Below, piece after piece: positions 21,646 through 29,605 of a DNA stretch of 64,000 nucleotides; the stretch's first letter is position 1; each line of letters opens with the position of its first letter. Origin of the DNA: Candidatus Azotimanducaceae bacterium (GTDB taxonomy: Bacteria; Pseudomonadota; Gammaproteobacteria; Pseudomonadales; Azotimanducaceae). The notes beneath the pieces are model-generated. The model worked only from the letters and a program-made list of their open reading frames with translations, searched no databases and was not told the DNA's origin. The stretch lies in the NCBI GenBank assembly GCA_965261535.1, contig OZ253469.1, positions 2,924,099-2,988,098 on the forward strand, read 5' to 3'. Both the position numbers and the translations under genes were made by a program.

Positions 21646-22722
21646 TTAAGAGAACGTGTCGATCAGGTCCTGACGATGCATGACCGTGTTAACGTGCGTT
21701 ACGAATGCTCGTACTTTTTCGATGAACGCGAGATAGGGCTCCTGATCTGCTTCGGATCCGAAGTAGTATGTGCCCAAGAGTAACCAAGGAGATTGTCCGT
21801 TGATCTTTGGGCTAGCTCTATCTCGACTCGGGTTGGGAGCCAGCGTGCGCGCAACCTGGAGCAGAGCCAACCAGGTCTGGTCAGCAGCAGCCAAGTCGGC
21901 GCCAACCTCCTCTTGTAGCCCCAAGAGATAATGCGCCTCGTGTTGGGCGAGACTACGGTACTCGTTTCGGAAGAAGTCATCGTCCAGGACCTCTTGGAGT
22001 AGCTGAATCGTCTTTGCATCAAGCGTCGCGATATAGGTATCCCGGGCTTCGCTGATTTTGGCTTCGCCAGTAGCTACACAGAAGTCAAACAACTCGTAGA
22101 GCGCCCGGAATCCTTGGTGCGGTGCGCCACATCGCGTTGTCACGCGAGTTCCGTGAGGCGTGATCAGAAAAAACCTCGTGTCCTCAATCATCGCCATGGT
22201 GTCCTTTGCTCGATCGGGATGTGGAACCAAGCGCGTATTCGCCAGCGTGCCGATGGTTGCTTTACTCCGGGCCAGATCGAGGATGGCCATGTCGCCCGTG
22301 GGATCCTCGCGCCAACTGGAGGTGACAGGAAAGAGCACCATGCTGATGCCAGTCATGAGTTGGCGATAAGCGATGTTCTGTATCGTTGCGACGTCTGCAA
22401 GCTTGGAGTGGTTGATCTGAGTGTTGCGAACGCCTGCAACAAGACCGAGAAGGGCCAGGGCGAACAAGAGAACTCCTGTTGCTGTGAGGCGTGAAATCCC
22501 CTGGCGTGTGGCATCCCAGCTCTTTCCACGGATCGCGGCGACCGCGGAGAGAAAGACCAAAATCAGCGGGACGTAGTCTGCGGCGGGAGTCCTCGTCGAA
22601 TAGAACCAAACCGCTAGAAGGATGAAGGCGATGACGAACGTCGTCACCAATACGGCTTGAAACGCCGAAGGCCGTGCTTTCCGGGTCACGTTCTGGCTCG
22701 TCTGTTCGCTAGCATCTGGCAT
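21646..22722 (-). CDS. hypothetical membrane protein
   Basis: Start at MPDASEQ. Has 3-4 N-terminal hydrophobic helices and visibly lower GC than its surroundings. No family recognised. Confidence 0.5.
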   Translation of the reverse strand: MPDASEQTSQNVTRKARPSAFQAVLVTTFVIAFILLAVWFYSTRTPAADYVPLILVFLSAVAAIRGKSWDATRQGISRLTATGVLLFALALLGLVAGVRNTQINHSKLADVATIQNIAYRQLMTGISMVLFPVTSSWREDPTGDMAILDLARSKATIGTLANTRLVPHPDRAKDTMAMIEDTRFFLITPHGTRVTTRCGAPHQGFRALYELFDFCVATGEAKISEARDTYIATLDAKTIQLLQEVLDDDFFRNEYRSLAQHEAHYLLGLQEEVGADLAAADQTWLALLQVARTLAPNPSRDRASPKINGQSPWLLLGTYYFGSEADQEPYLAFIEKVRAFVTHVNTVMHRQDLIDTFS

Positions 22723-23340
22723 CTGTGTGACCCTCCGAAGACTGCAAGCTGGTGAGGCTTGAAGTGGATCACCATGCCAGATTGAGCAGACAAGGTCATT
22801 GCGTTTCCGGTAGGGGGGTTCGCGGGAGCGAAGGAGGACATGCACCGATTTACAGCAGGGCGGACGGGTAGGGCGGCTTGTCGGTCAAACGGACGTTTTC
22901 CGTACATTTGGCGGCGCAGCCGCGTTGCGATGCCGCGAAACCAGGTGGATCGACGGGTCGCCTACGGAAACCGTATCCGGCAGTCATAGTCTGGTTGGAC
23001 ACGTTTGCCAGACAAACAGTGGTGGTCGCGCCCGCGTCTCCATCGATGACACGTCTGCGGTACCCGAGAGCGGCTGCGTGCTGAGGTGCCTTGCAGCCGA
23101 CCGGGGCGGGCTGTTGGCGAGGTCTGCTGTTGTCGGATCCGGGACGGTCGTGTTGAGCCGGCGCAGGACTTACGCTTCCGTGGTTGCATCTGCTAGGCTC
23201 GGGTCATGAATTCGGGACTCTCCTTCGATCGGCTCGGGCGGCGCGTGGTCGACCGCCAAGCCTGGTGGCGGGAAGAGAGGCCGGTCCGCGGGTGCCGTCT
23301 TGCCCGGAGGTCGACTCGGGCACTACCGGCTTGACGGCCA

Positions 23341-24852
23341 ATGTCGGGAACTGAGCGAACGCGGCGAGCACCGCGGGCGGGCGCGTCGGTTGCCATGGCG
23401 CTCGGTGCGGCGAGGTTCCTGGCGGCCCTGGCGCTGCTCCTGTCGCCACTCGGCCACGCCGCGCCGAGGGATCCCTCGAGCAGCCTGCTGTTGCTGATGG
23501 ACGTCTCCGGGAGCATGGGCGACGAGGTCGGCAACGGCAATGGCGAAGTCAAGATCGAGGCGGCCAAGCTGGCGGCGGTCGCCGCTGTTCGGCAGGCCGC
23601 GAAAAAGGGGACGGCAGAAGTGGCGGTGCTCGCCTTCGAGGGCGACTGCGCGCAGCCGGTGCCGCGCCACGCCGGCTTCACGACGGACTACGCCGCGCTG
23701 GAACGCTTCATCGGCGGCCTGCAGCCGGGCGGGGGCACGCCGATGGCGGCGGCGGTGCTGGTCGCCAACCGGTTCATGAAGGACGAAGGCGCGACGACGG
23801 CCCGCGACCGGATGATCGTCCTGCTCGCCGACGGCCAGAACGACTGCGGCGATGTCGCCGATGCGCTGGCGGAGTTGGCGGCGTCGGGCGTGATCTTCCG
23901 CCACGAGACGGTGGGTTTCGGCATCGAACCCGATTCGGGCGCGGCCCGCGACCTGCGCGACATCGCCACGGCGAGCGGCGGCGCCTACCACCACGCGGCG
24001 GACGCGACCCAGCTCGGAGACCTGTTCGTGCAGTTCGTCGACACGTTCACCGTCATCGACATGCTGGGGATGTTCGGGGGCGGCAGGAGCGCGACGGTCC
24101 CACGGGCACCCGGTCAGGCACCGACGCCAGCGGCCCAACCCGCCGCCGCAGCGCCGCGACCATCTTCGCAAGCGGCGCCGTCCGCCAAACCGGTGAGCGG
24201 TCTGCTGGGGCAGTTCAAGGCGAAGACGCCGGCTGCCGAACCCGACGAACCCTCTCCTGCGGCGCAGGCCTTGTGCTACCGGCAGTTCAGGAACCCCACC
24301 GGACTGGCCGGCCTCGGATCCGATGCCGTGACCGAATTCACCTGCGCGCCGTCGTGCCGATCGCTCGATTCGACGTTCTACGGCACCGGGGAGACGAAGG
24401 TGGACGACCCGCCGGGCATGACGTGCGCCGCGCAATGCGCCTTCGCCGCCGGTCCGGATTCGCGGGCGGCCTTCGTCTGGGGACGCTCGATCACGCACAA
24501 CCACTGCGTAGCGGCGCTCGATCCGCTGCGACCGCCCGCAACCGTCGTCCACTACTACCGCGACAACTCGGACAACAAGCACCGTATCGCCTGGGAGCGG
24601 GGGACGCCCGCGACCGGCGGCTTCCGGGTGTACGTGAACCACTACCCGGAGCGGAACGGCGACACGGAGCTGCTCGGCGAACCCCGGGACGACCATTTCG
24701 ATTTCGAGTACGGAATCAACTTCCACGACGGTCCCGCGGTGGACGGGATGAACCTGTGGAAACCGTTTCCGCAGGCCGGTGTGAGCGCCTGCAACAAATA
24801 CGGCATCTGCACCCCGGTCGTCTACGGCGATCTGGGGGACTGCGGCCCGTAG
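23341..24852 (+). CDS. secreted von Willebrand factor A (VWA) domain protein with Cys-rich C-terminal region
   Basis: Signal-like ALGAARFLAALALLLSPLGHA, MIDAS motif MDVSGSMGD and GGGTPMAAA. The C-terminal roughly 230 aa are unassigned. Confidence 0.75.
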   Translation: MSGTERTRRAPRAGASVAMALGAARFLAALALLLSPLGHAAPRDPSSSLLLLMDVSGSMGDEVGNGNGEVKIEAAKLAAVAAVRQAAKKGTAEVAVLAFEGDCAQPVPRHAGFTTDYAALERFIGGLQPGGGTPMAAAVLVANRFMKDEGATTARDRMIVLLADGQNDCGDVADALAELAASGVIFRHETVGFGIEPDSGAARDLRDIATASGGAYHHAADATQLGDLFVQFVDTFTVIDMLGMFGGGRSATVPRAPGQAPTPAAQPAAAAPRPSSQAAPSAKPVSGLLGQFKAKTPAAEPDEPSPAAQALCYRQFRNPTGLAGLGSDAVTEFTCAPSCRSLDSTFYGTGETKVDDPPGMTCAAQCAFAAGPDSRAAFVWGRSITHNHCVAALDPLRPPATVVHYYRDNSDNKHRIAWERGTPATGGFRVYVNHYPERNGDTELLGEPRDDHFDFEYGINFHDGPAVDGMNLWKPFPQAGVSACNKYGICTPVVYGDLGDCGP

Positions 24853-24903
24853 CCGCACGTGCGCCGCGAAGACGCGGGGGCCATCGAGCCGGTTCGGCGG
24901 CTC

Positions 24904-24919
24904 CGGATTTGCGACACTG
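24904..24919 (+). promoter_or_regulatory. conserved 16-mer CGGATTTGCGACACTG, 30 nt upstream of the DGR target 1 start
   Basis: 15/16 identical to 27978..27993, which sits 31 nt upstream of the target 2 start. The flanking sequence on both sides has diverged. Confidence 0.35.
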
Positions 24920-24948
24920 GCAGTCGCTCGAATCCGAATGGAGGAACG

Positions 24949-26079
24949 GTGGAGAAGACGATCGGAACGACTATCCTCAAGGTGCCGGTTCGGGTGGTGG
25001 CGGTCGCCCTGGTCCTGGCGGTCGCGGCGTTGCCGGCCCGCAGTGCCGAGTTGCCGCCAGCCATCCAGGCGGACCGACACCTCATGCAGGCGGAAAGACA
25101 GATCGGCGACGGCGACTACGCGGCGGCGCTGGCCTCCCTCGACGGAGTCCTGGCGTTGGAGGCGGAACACGATCTGGCGATTCCGGATGCGTTCTGGTTC
25201 AAGCACGGCCAGGTGTCCCAGGAAGCGGGGCTTCACGCCCAGGCGGTGGAGTCGGCAACCCGGTACCTCGTGACGGCGGGCCAGGGCGGCGAGCACTATC
25301 TGCCCGCGCTCGAGTTGCTGGACGTCGCGGAGCGCGAGGCCAGGGCAGTCGCGGACGCGACAGCAGCCGTAGCCCGCGAGATGGTGGTGATCGGGGCGGG
25401 CCGGTTCCGCATGGGCTGCCTGTCGGGCGACGACGCCTGTTCATCCGGGGAGCAGCCGGTCCACGAGGTGGCGGTCGCGGCGTTCGCACTGTCGAAGCAC
25501 GAGGTGACGTTCGCGCAGTGGGACGCCTGCGTGTCGGGCGGCGGCTGCGGCGGCCACCGGCCCGGCGACCGGGGCTGGGGCCGCGCCGACCGGCCGGTGG
25601 TGAACGTGAACTGGCAGGATGCGCAGTCGTACGTGGCGTGGTTGTCGCGCGAGACGGGCGAGGCGTACCGGTTGCCGACGGAGGCGGAATGGGAGTACGC
25701 GGCGCGGGCGGGGACGACGACGAAGTACGGTTGGGGGAACGAGATCGGCGTGAACCGTGCCAATTGCGAAGGCTGCGGAAGTCGATGGGATAACAAGGAA
25801 ACGGCGCCGGTGGGTTCGTTCCCGGCCAACGCCCGGGGGCTGCACGACATGCACGGCAACGTGTGGGAGTGGGTTCAGGACTGTTGGAACGGGAGCTACG
25901 CGGGTGCGCCCGTGGACGGCAGCGCGTGGCTGAGCGGAGACTGTTCCCGGCGTGTTTCGCGCGGCGGTTCCTGGCTCTACGATCCGAGGTACCTCCGCGC
26001 CGCGAACCGGAGCTGGGTCACCTCCGGCATCCGGCTCAACTACGACGGGTTCCGTGTGGCCCGGACGCTCACGCCTTGA
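24949..26079 (+). CDS. DGR variable protein 1: signal peptide, helical N-module and FGE-sulfatase (C-type lectin fold) domain
   Basis: GTG at 24949 follows GGAGGA. FGE-sulfatase motifs are GRFRMGC, RPVVNVNWQDAQSYVAW, YRLPTEAEWEYAAR, HDMHGNVWEW and RGGSW. The last roughly 40 codons are VR1. Confidence 0.85.
   Translation: MEKTIGTTILKVPVRVVAVALVLAVAALPARSAELPPAIQADRHLMQAERQIGDGDYAAALASLDGVLALEAEHDLAIPDAFWFKHGQVSQEAGLHAQAVESATRYLVTAGQGGEHYLPALELLDVAEREARAVADATAAVAREMVVIGAGRFRMGCLSGDDACSSGEQPVHEVAVAAFALSKHEVTFAQWDACVSGGGCGGHRPGDRGWGRADRPVVNVNWQDAQSYVAWLSRETGEAYRLPTEAEWEYAARAGTTTKYGWGNEIGVNRANCEGCGSRWDNKETAPVGSFPANARGLHDMHGNVWEWVQDCWNGSYAGAPVDGSAWLSGDCSRRVSRGGSWLYDPRYLRAANRSWVTSGIRLNYDGFRVARTLTP
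25950..26071 (+). repeat. DGR variable repeat VR1
   Basis: 122 nt, collinear with TR 27683..27804. By hand alignment there are 20 mismatches, 15 of them at TR adenines. Confidence 0.85.
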
Positions 26080-26107
26080 GTCGTTACCTCCTTACGTCCC
26101 GGGGGTT

Positions 26108-26130
26108 CCAAGGGGGCGCAGCCCCCTTGG
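26108..26130 (+). other. GC-rich hairpin downstream of VR1
   Basis: CCAAGGGGGC-gca-GCCCCCTTGG, a 10-bp stem that begins 29 nt after the stop codon. Equivalent hairpins follow VR2 and VR3. Confidence 0.75.
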
Positions 26131-26179
26131 TCGGTTTTCGGGCACATTCGCCCGTCGAGGCGAAGCGGCGGCGTCGAGT

Positions 26180-26587
26180 GTGACCGCGGAGGAACCGAAC
26201 GACGACCGACCGGCGCGGCCCGATCGCGCGCGCAGCACCGGCGCGGCCCTGGAGGCACACTATCGTTTCGTCCTGTGGCTCGTTCCGACGGTGGAACGTT
26301 TTCCCCGCAGTCAGAAGTTCCTGCTCGGCGACCGCATTCAGGCGACCGCACTCGACGTGCTGGAGCGCTTGATCGAAGCCACCTACACCAGGCGCCGGGG
26401 CGGACATCTGGCCGCCGCCAACCTCGGTCTCGAAAAGCTCCGCTTCCTGTTCCGTCTGGCGCGGGACCTCCGGGTCGTCGACCCGCGTCCCCATGAACAC
26501 GCGGCGCGCAGCATCGACGAGACGGGACGCCGGGTCGGTGCTTGGACCAAGGCGCACGATGCCCAGGAAGGAACGCGACCTGTTTGA
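26180..26587 (+). CDS. avd: DGR accessory variability determinant (Avd, four-helix-bundle family)
   Basis: HYRFVLWLVPTVERFPRSQKFLLGDRIQ...LEKLRFLFRLARDL...IDETGRRVGAW matches the Avd / 23S-IVS-protein family pattern. The GTG start at 26180 is tentative. The stop overlaps the RT start. Confidence 0.75.
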   Translation: MTAEEPNDDRPARPDRARSTGAALEAHYRFVLWLVPTVERFPRSQKFLLGDRIQATALDVLERLIEATYTRRRGGHLAAANLGLEKLRFLFRLARDLRVVDPRPHEHAARSIDETGRRVGAWTKAHDAQEGTRPV

Positions 26588-27157
26588 CGGCATCGCGTCG
26601 TTCCAGGCGTTGCCGGGGCCGCTCTGCGCGCGGCCCGGGGCAAGCGCGACAAGCCGGGCGTGGCGGCATTCCTGGCCAACCTCGAACCGGAAGTCCTGCG
26701 GTTGGAGCGCGAACTGGGCAGTGGCCGCTACGTTCCCGGTCGCTACCGGAAGATCGAGATATTCGACCCCAAGCACCGCATCGTGTCGGCCGCGCCGTTC
26801 CGCGACCGGGTGGTGCATCACGCCCTCTGCGCGATCTGCGAGCCGATCTTCGAGCGCGGCTTCGTCCACGACAGCTACGCGAACCGGCTGGGCAAGGGCA
26901 CGCACCGCGCCATCGCCCGCTACGAGCGGTTCCGCGACCGTTCCCGGCACGTCCTGCGGTGCGACATCCATCGATATTTTCCGGCCATCGACCACGAGCT
27001 GCTCAAACGCGATCTGCGCCGCCGCATCGCCTGCGAACGCACGCTGGCCCTGGCGGACCGGATCGTCGACGGCTCCAATCCGCAGGAGCCGGTCCACATC
27101 CACTATCCGGGCGACGACCTGCTGACACCGCTCGAGCGCCGCCGGGGGCTTCCGATT

Positions 27158-27198
27158 CTGTTTTCCCGTTTTGGCGGTCTGTTTCCGATAACAGAATC
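27158..27198 (+). repeat. 41-nt insertion splitting the RT IGxxxSQ motif
   Basis: Removing 27158..27198 joins ...RRGLPI to GNLTSQFF in frame. The insertion forms an 11-bp perfect inverted repeat with its flanks (CCGATTCTGTT / AACAGAATCGG). It also contains direct repeats TCTGTTT x2 and TTCCGAT x2. Confidence 0.7.
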
Positions 27199-27682
27199 GG
27201 CAACCTGACCAGCCAGTTCTTCGCCAACGTCCATCTCGACGGGTTCGACCACTTCTGCAAGGAGGTGCTGCGCGCGCGCGGATACCTGCGCTACGTCGAC
27301 GACTCCGCACTGTTCCACGACGACCCCGCGCAGCTCGACGAGTGGCGGCAACGGATCCGCACCTACCTGGAGGGCAGGCGGCTGCAACTCCATCCGCGCA
27401 AGACGATGATCCTGCCGACCGGCGAGGCGGCGCCGTTCCTGGGGTTCGTGCTGTTGCCCGACGGCCGGCGGCGCCTGCCCGAAGAAAACGTGCGGCGCTT
27501 CCGGAACCGGCTGCGCAGCCTGCGCGACCGCTGGCGGCAAGGCACCGTGACGAAAGAGGAAGTCCTGCGGCGGGTGCGTTCCTGGAACGCGCACGCCGCC
27601 CACGCGAACACCTGGCGCATGCGCCAGTCCATCTTCCGCGCCGGCTGGTTTCAGCCGGCGCGGGAGCTTGACCCTCCCCCGA

Positions 27683-27804
27683 GCGTGTTTTGCGCGGCGG
27701 TTCCTGGAACAACAATCCGAGGAACCTCCGCGCCGCGAACCGGAACAGGAACACCACCGGCAACCGGAACAACAACAGCGGTTTCCGCGTGGCCCGCACG
27801 CTCA
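27683..27804 (+). repeat. DGR template repeat (TR)
   Basis: Adenine-rich in the target reading frame: 10 AAC and 1 AAT codons, 28 A in 120 nt. Collinear with VR1, VR2 and VR3. The 3-prime end reads GCCCGCACGCTC where all VRs read GCCCGGACGCTC. Confidence 0.85.
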
Positions 27805-27878
27805 AAGGCCGGAACCGGCGGCGCCACGGCGCCGGCGGGCGAGCGATGAGCGTCCAGGGAGGGTCATGGTGAGCGGCC

Positions 27879-27921
27879 GGCACCGCCCCTCTTGCCCGCC
27901 GCGGCGGGGAGGGGCGGTGCC
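27879..27921 (+). other. 13-bp perfect stem-loop downstream of TR
   Basis: GGCACCGCCCCTC, 17-nt loop, GAGGGGCGGTGCC. There is no trailing T-run, so it is not a canonical intrinsic terminator. Confidence 0.6.
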
Positions 27922-27977
27922 AACCTGCCATGCGATGTCGGTCGAATGCACCCAAGGAGCAGCCACATGTCCAACTG

Positions 27978-27993
27978 CGGATTTGCGATACTG
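27978..27993 (+). promoter_or_regulatory. conserved 16-mer CGGATTTGCGATACTG, 31 nt upstream of the DGR target 2 start
   Basis: Second copy of the motif at 24904..24919. Confidence 0.35.
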
Positions 27994-28023
27994 CGGTCTC
28001 TTTCGGACCCGGTCGGGGTGGTC

Positions 28024-29160
28024 ATGGAAACCGCAGTCGGGAGCAAGTCGCGGGCGCTGGTCCTGGCGTTGACGCTGGTCTTGTCGTGGGCGTTGCCGGC
28101 GCGGGCGGCGGAACTGGCCCCGGACATCCAGGCGGACCGGTACCTGGTGCAGGCGGAGCGGCAGATCCGAAGCGGAGACCTCGCCGGCGCCCTGGCGACG
28201 CTCGATCGGATTCTGGGCTTGCAGGCGGAGCACGGCCTGGAGATTCCGGATGCGTTCTGGTTCAAGCGGGCCGAAGTGTCGCGGCAGGCGGGGCTGCATG
28301 CCCTGGCGGTCGAGTCGGCGACGCGCTACCTGGAGGCGGCGGGGCGGTCGGGCGAGCACTACATGGCGGCGCTGGAGTTGCTCGATGTGGCGGAGCTGGC
28401 CACGGCGACGGCGGAGCGGGTCGCGCGCGGAGAGTTGCCGGCGATGGTGGTGATTCCCGCGGGCCGGTTCCGCATGGGCTGCCTGTCGGACGACGACGAC
28501 TGCGGTCGCTACGAGAAGCCGGTTCGAGAAGTGGCGATCGCGTCGTTCGCGCTGTCGAAGCACGAGGTGACGTTCGCGCAGTGGGACGCGTGCGTGTCGG
28601 GCGGCGGCTGCGGCGGCCACCGGCCCGACGACGGGGGCTGGGGCCGCGCCGACCGCCCGGTGATGAACGTGAGCTGGGAGGATGCGCAGTCGTACGTGTC
28701 GTGGCTGTCGCGGCAGACGGGCGGGGAATACCGGTTGCCGACGGAGGCGGAATGGGAGTACGCGGCGCGGGCGGGGACGACGACGAAGTACGGTTTTGGG
28801 AACGAGATCGGCGAGAACCGCGCCAACTGCGATGGCTGTGGCAGCCGTTGGGACGACTCGGAAACGGCGCCAGTGGGTTCGTTCCCGGCCAACGCCTGGG
28901 GGCTGCACGACATGCACGGCAACCTGTGGGAATGGGTTCAGGACTGTTTGGGCGGGAGCTACGCGGGTGCGCCCGTGGACGGCAGCGCTTGGTTGGGCGG
29001 GAGCGCTGCGGTCTACGCCGACTGTTCCAACCGTGTTATGCGCGGCGGTTCCTGGGCGATCTATCCGAGCGCCCTCCGCGCCGCGCAGCGGCTCTATTCC
29101 GGCTCCGGCCGCCGGAGCCACGACATCGGTATCCGCGTGGCCCGGACGCTCACGCCTTGA
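28024..29160 (+). CDS. DGR variable protein 2 (paralog of target 1)
   Basis: ATG at 28024. Same signal peptide, helical N-module and FGE-sulfatase layout as target 1. C-terminal VR2. Confidence 0.85.
   Translation: METAVGSKSRALVLALTLVLSWALPARAAELAPDIQADRYLVQAERQIRSGDLAGALATLDRILGLQAEHGLEIPDAFWFKRAEVSRQAGLHALAVESATRYLEAAGRSGEHYMAALELLDVAELATATAERVARGELPAMVVIPAGRFRMGCLSDDDDCGRYEKPVREVAIASFALSKHEVTFAQWDACVSGGGCGGHRPDDGGWGRADRPVMNVSWEDAQSYVSWLSRQTGGEYRLPTEAEWEYAARAGTTTKYGFGNEIGENRANCDGCGSRWDDSETAPVGSFPANAWGLHDMHGNLWEWVQDCLGGSYAGAPVDGSAWLGGSAAVYADCSNRVMRGGSWAIYPSALRAAQRLYSGSGRRSHDIGIRVARTLTP
29032..29152 (+). repeat. DGR variable repeat VR2
   Basis: 121 nt, collinear with TR 27684..27804. By hand alignment there are 29 mismatches, 19 of them at TR adenines. 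Confidence 0.8.
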
Positions 29161-29188
29161 ATCGTTACCTCCTTACGTCCTGGGGGTT

Positions 29189-29223
29189 CCAAGGGGGCGC
29201 AGCCCTGGGCGCAGCCCCCTTGG
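29189..29223 (+). other. GC-rich hairpin downstream of VR2
   Basis: Same 10-bp stem as at 26108, with the loop enlarged to 15 nt (GCAGCCCTGGGCGCA). The 29161..29282 flank is homologous to 26080..26185. Confidence 0.7.
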
Positions 29224-29552
29224 TCGGTTTTTGGGCACTTTCGCCCGCCGAGGCGAAGTGGCGGAGTCGAGGGTGACAGTGGAATGTTGCTGGAACTTTG
29301 CTCCGGCCGCGAAACAGGGCTCCTGCCGCGTCGCGTGGCGACGCAGTCGAACCTTGCCAGCGGCCGAGGCGCCGGATGGAGGCGGATGGAGCCGGTAGCA
29401 CGGCCACGTTGCGTCATGACGTCGGTTGGCCGGGCACGCCACGCGGCCCCGTCATGATGGCAGTCGTACTTGTCCGGACCGCGGCAACGAGACGGAGATT
29501 CGCAGCGTTCGCAGCATAGGGGCATTGCGGGGTCGGAAGGTCTGGATGCTCT

Positions 29553-29605
29553 CCCGTCACTACCGGGCGCGCGCAATGGGCGCGGCGAAAACCGGTAGTG
29601 ACGGG
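29553..29605. repeat. 14-bp perfect inverted repeat with 25-nt loop
   Basis: CCCGTCACTACCGG ... CCGGTAGTGACGGG. It lies in a roughly 1.37-kb stretch with no convincing ORF, upstream of the second integrase. Confidence 0.6.

Larger units (their letters stand above)
26559..27849 (+). pseudogene. DGR reverse transcriptase, reading frame interrupted twice
   Basis: The protein is spread over three frames. Part 1 is MPRKERDLFDGIASFQAL. Part 2 is RGKRDKPGVAAFL...FDPKHRIVSAAPFRDRVVHHAL...SYANRLGKGTH...RRGLPI. Part 3 is GNLTSQFFANVHL...YVDDSALF (YVDD at 27292..27303)...FLGFVL. The breaks are at G-run 26615..26618 and at the 41-nt insert 27158..27198. The open frame runs on through the TR. Confidence 0.85.

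Noticed and set aside
23323-25296. Very long ORFs antisense to or overlapping the called genes. Examples are 23323..25296(-), 26084..27955(-), 27802..29121(-), 20450..21586(-), 43504..45246(-), 12917..14614(-) upstream part, 57207..58466(+) and 58521..60149(+).
   Set aside because: Their translations are Arg/Pro/Gly/Ala-rich low-complexity sequence typical of stop-poor alternative frames in high-GC DNA. Each overlaps a gene with clear family motifs on the other strand or frame.
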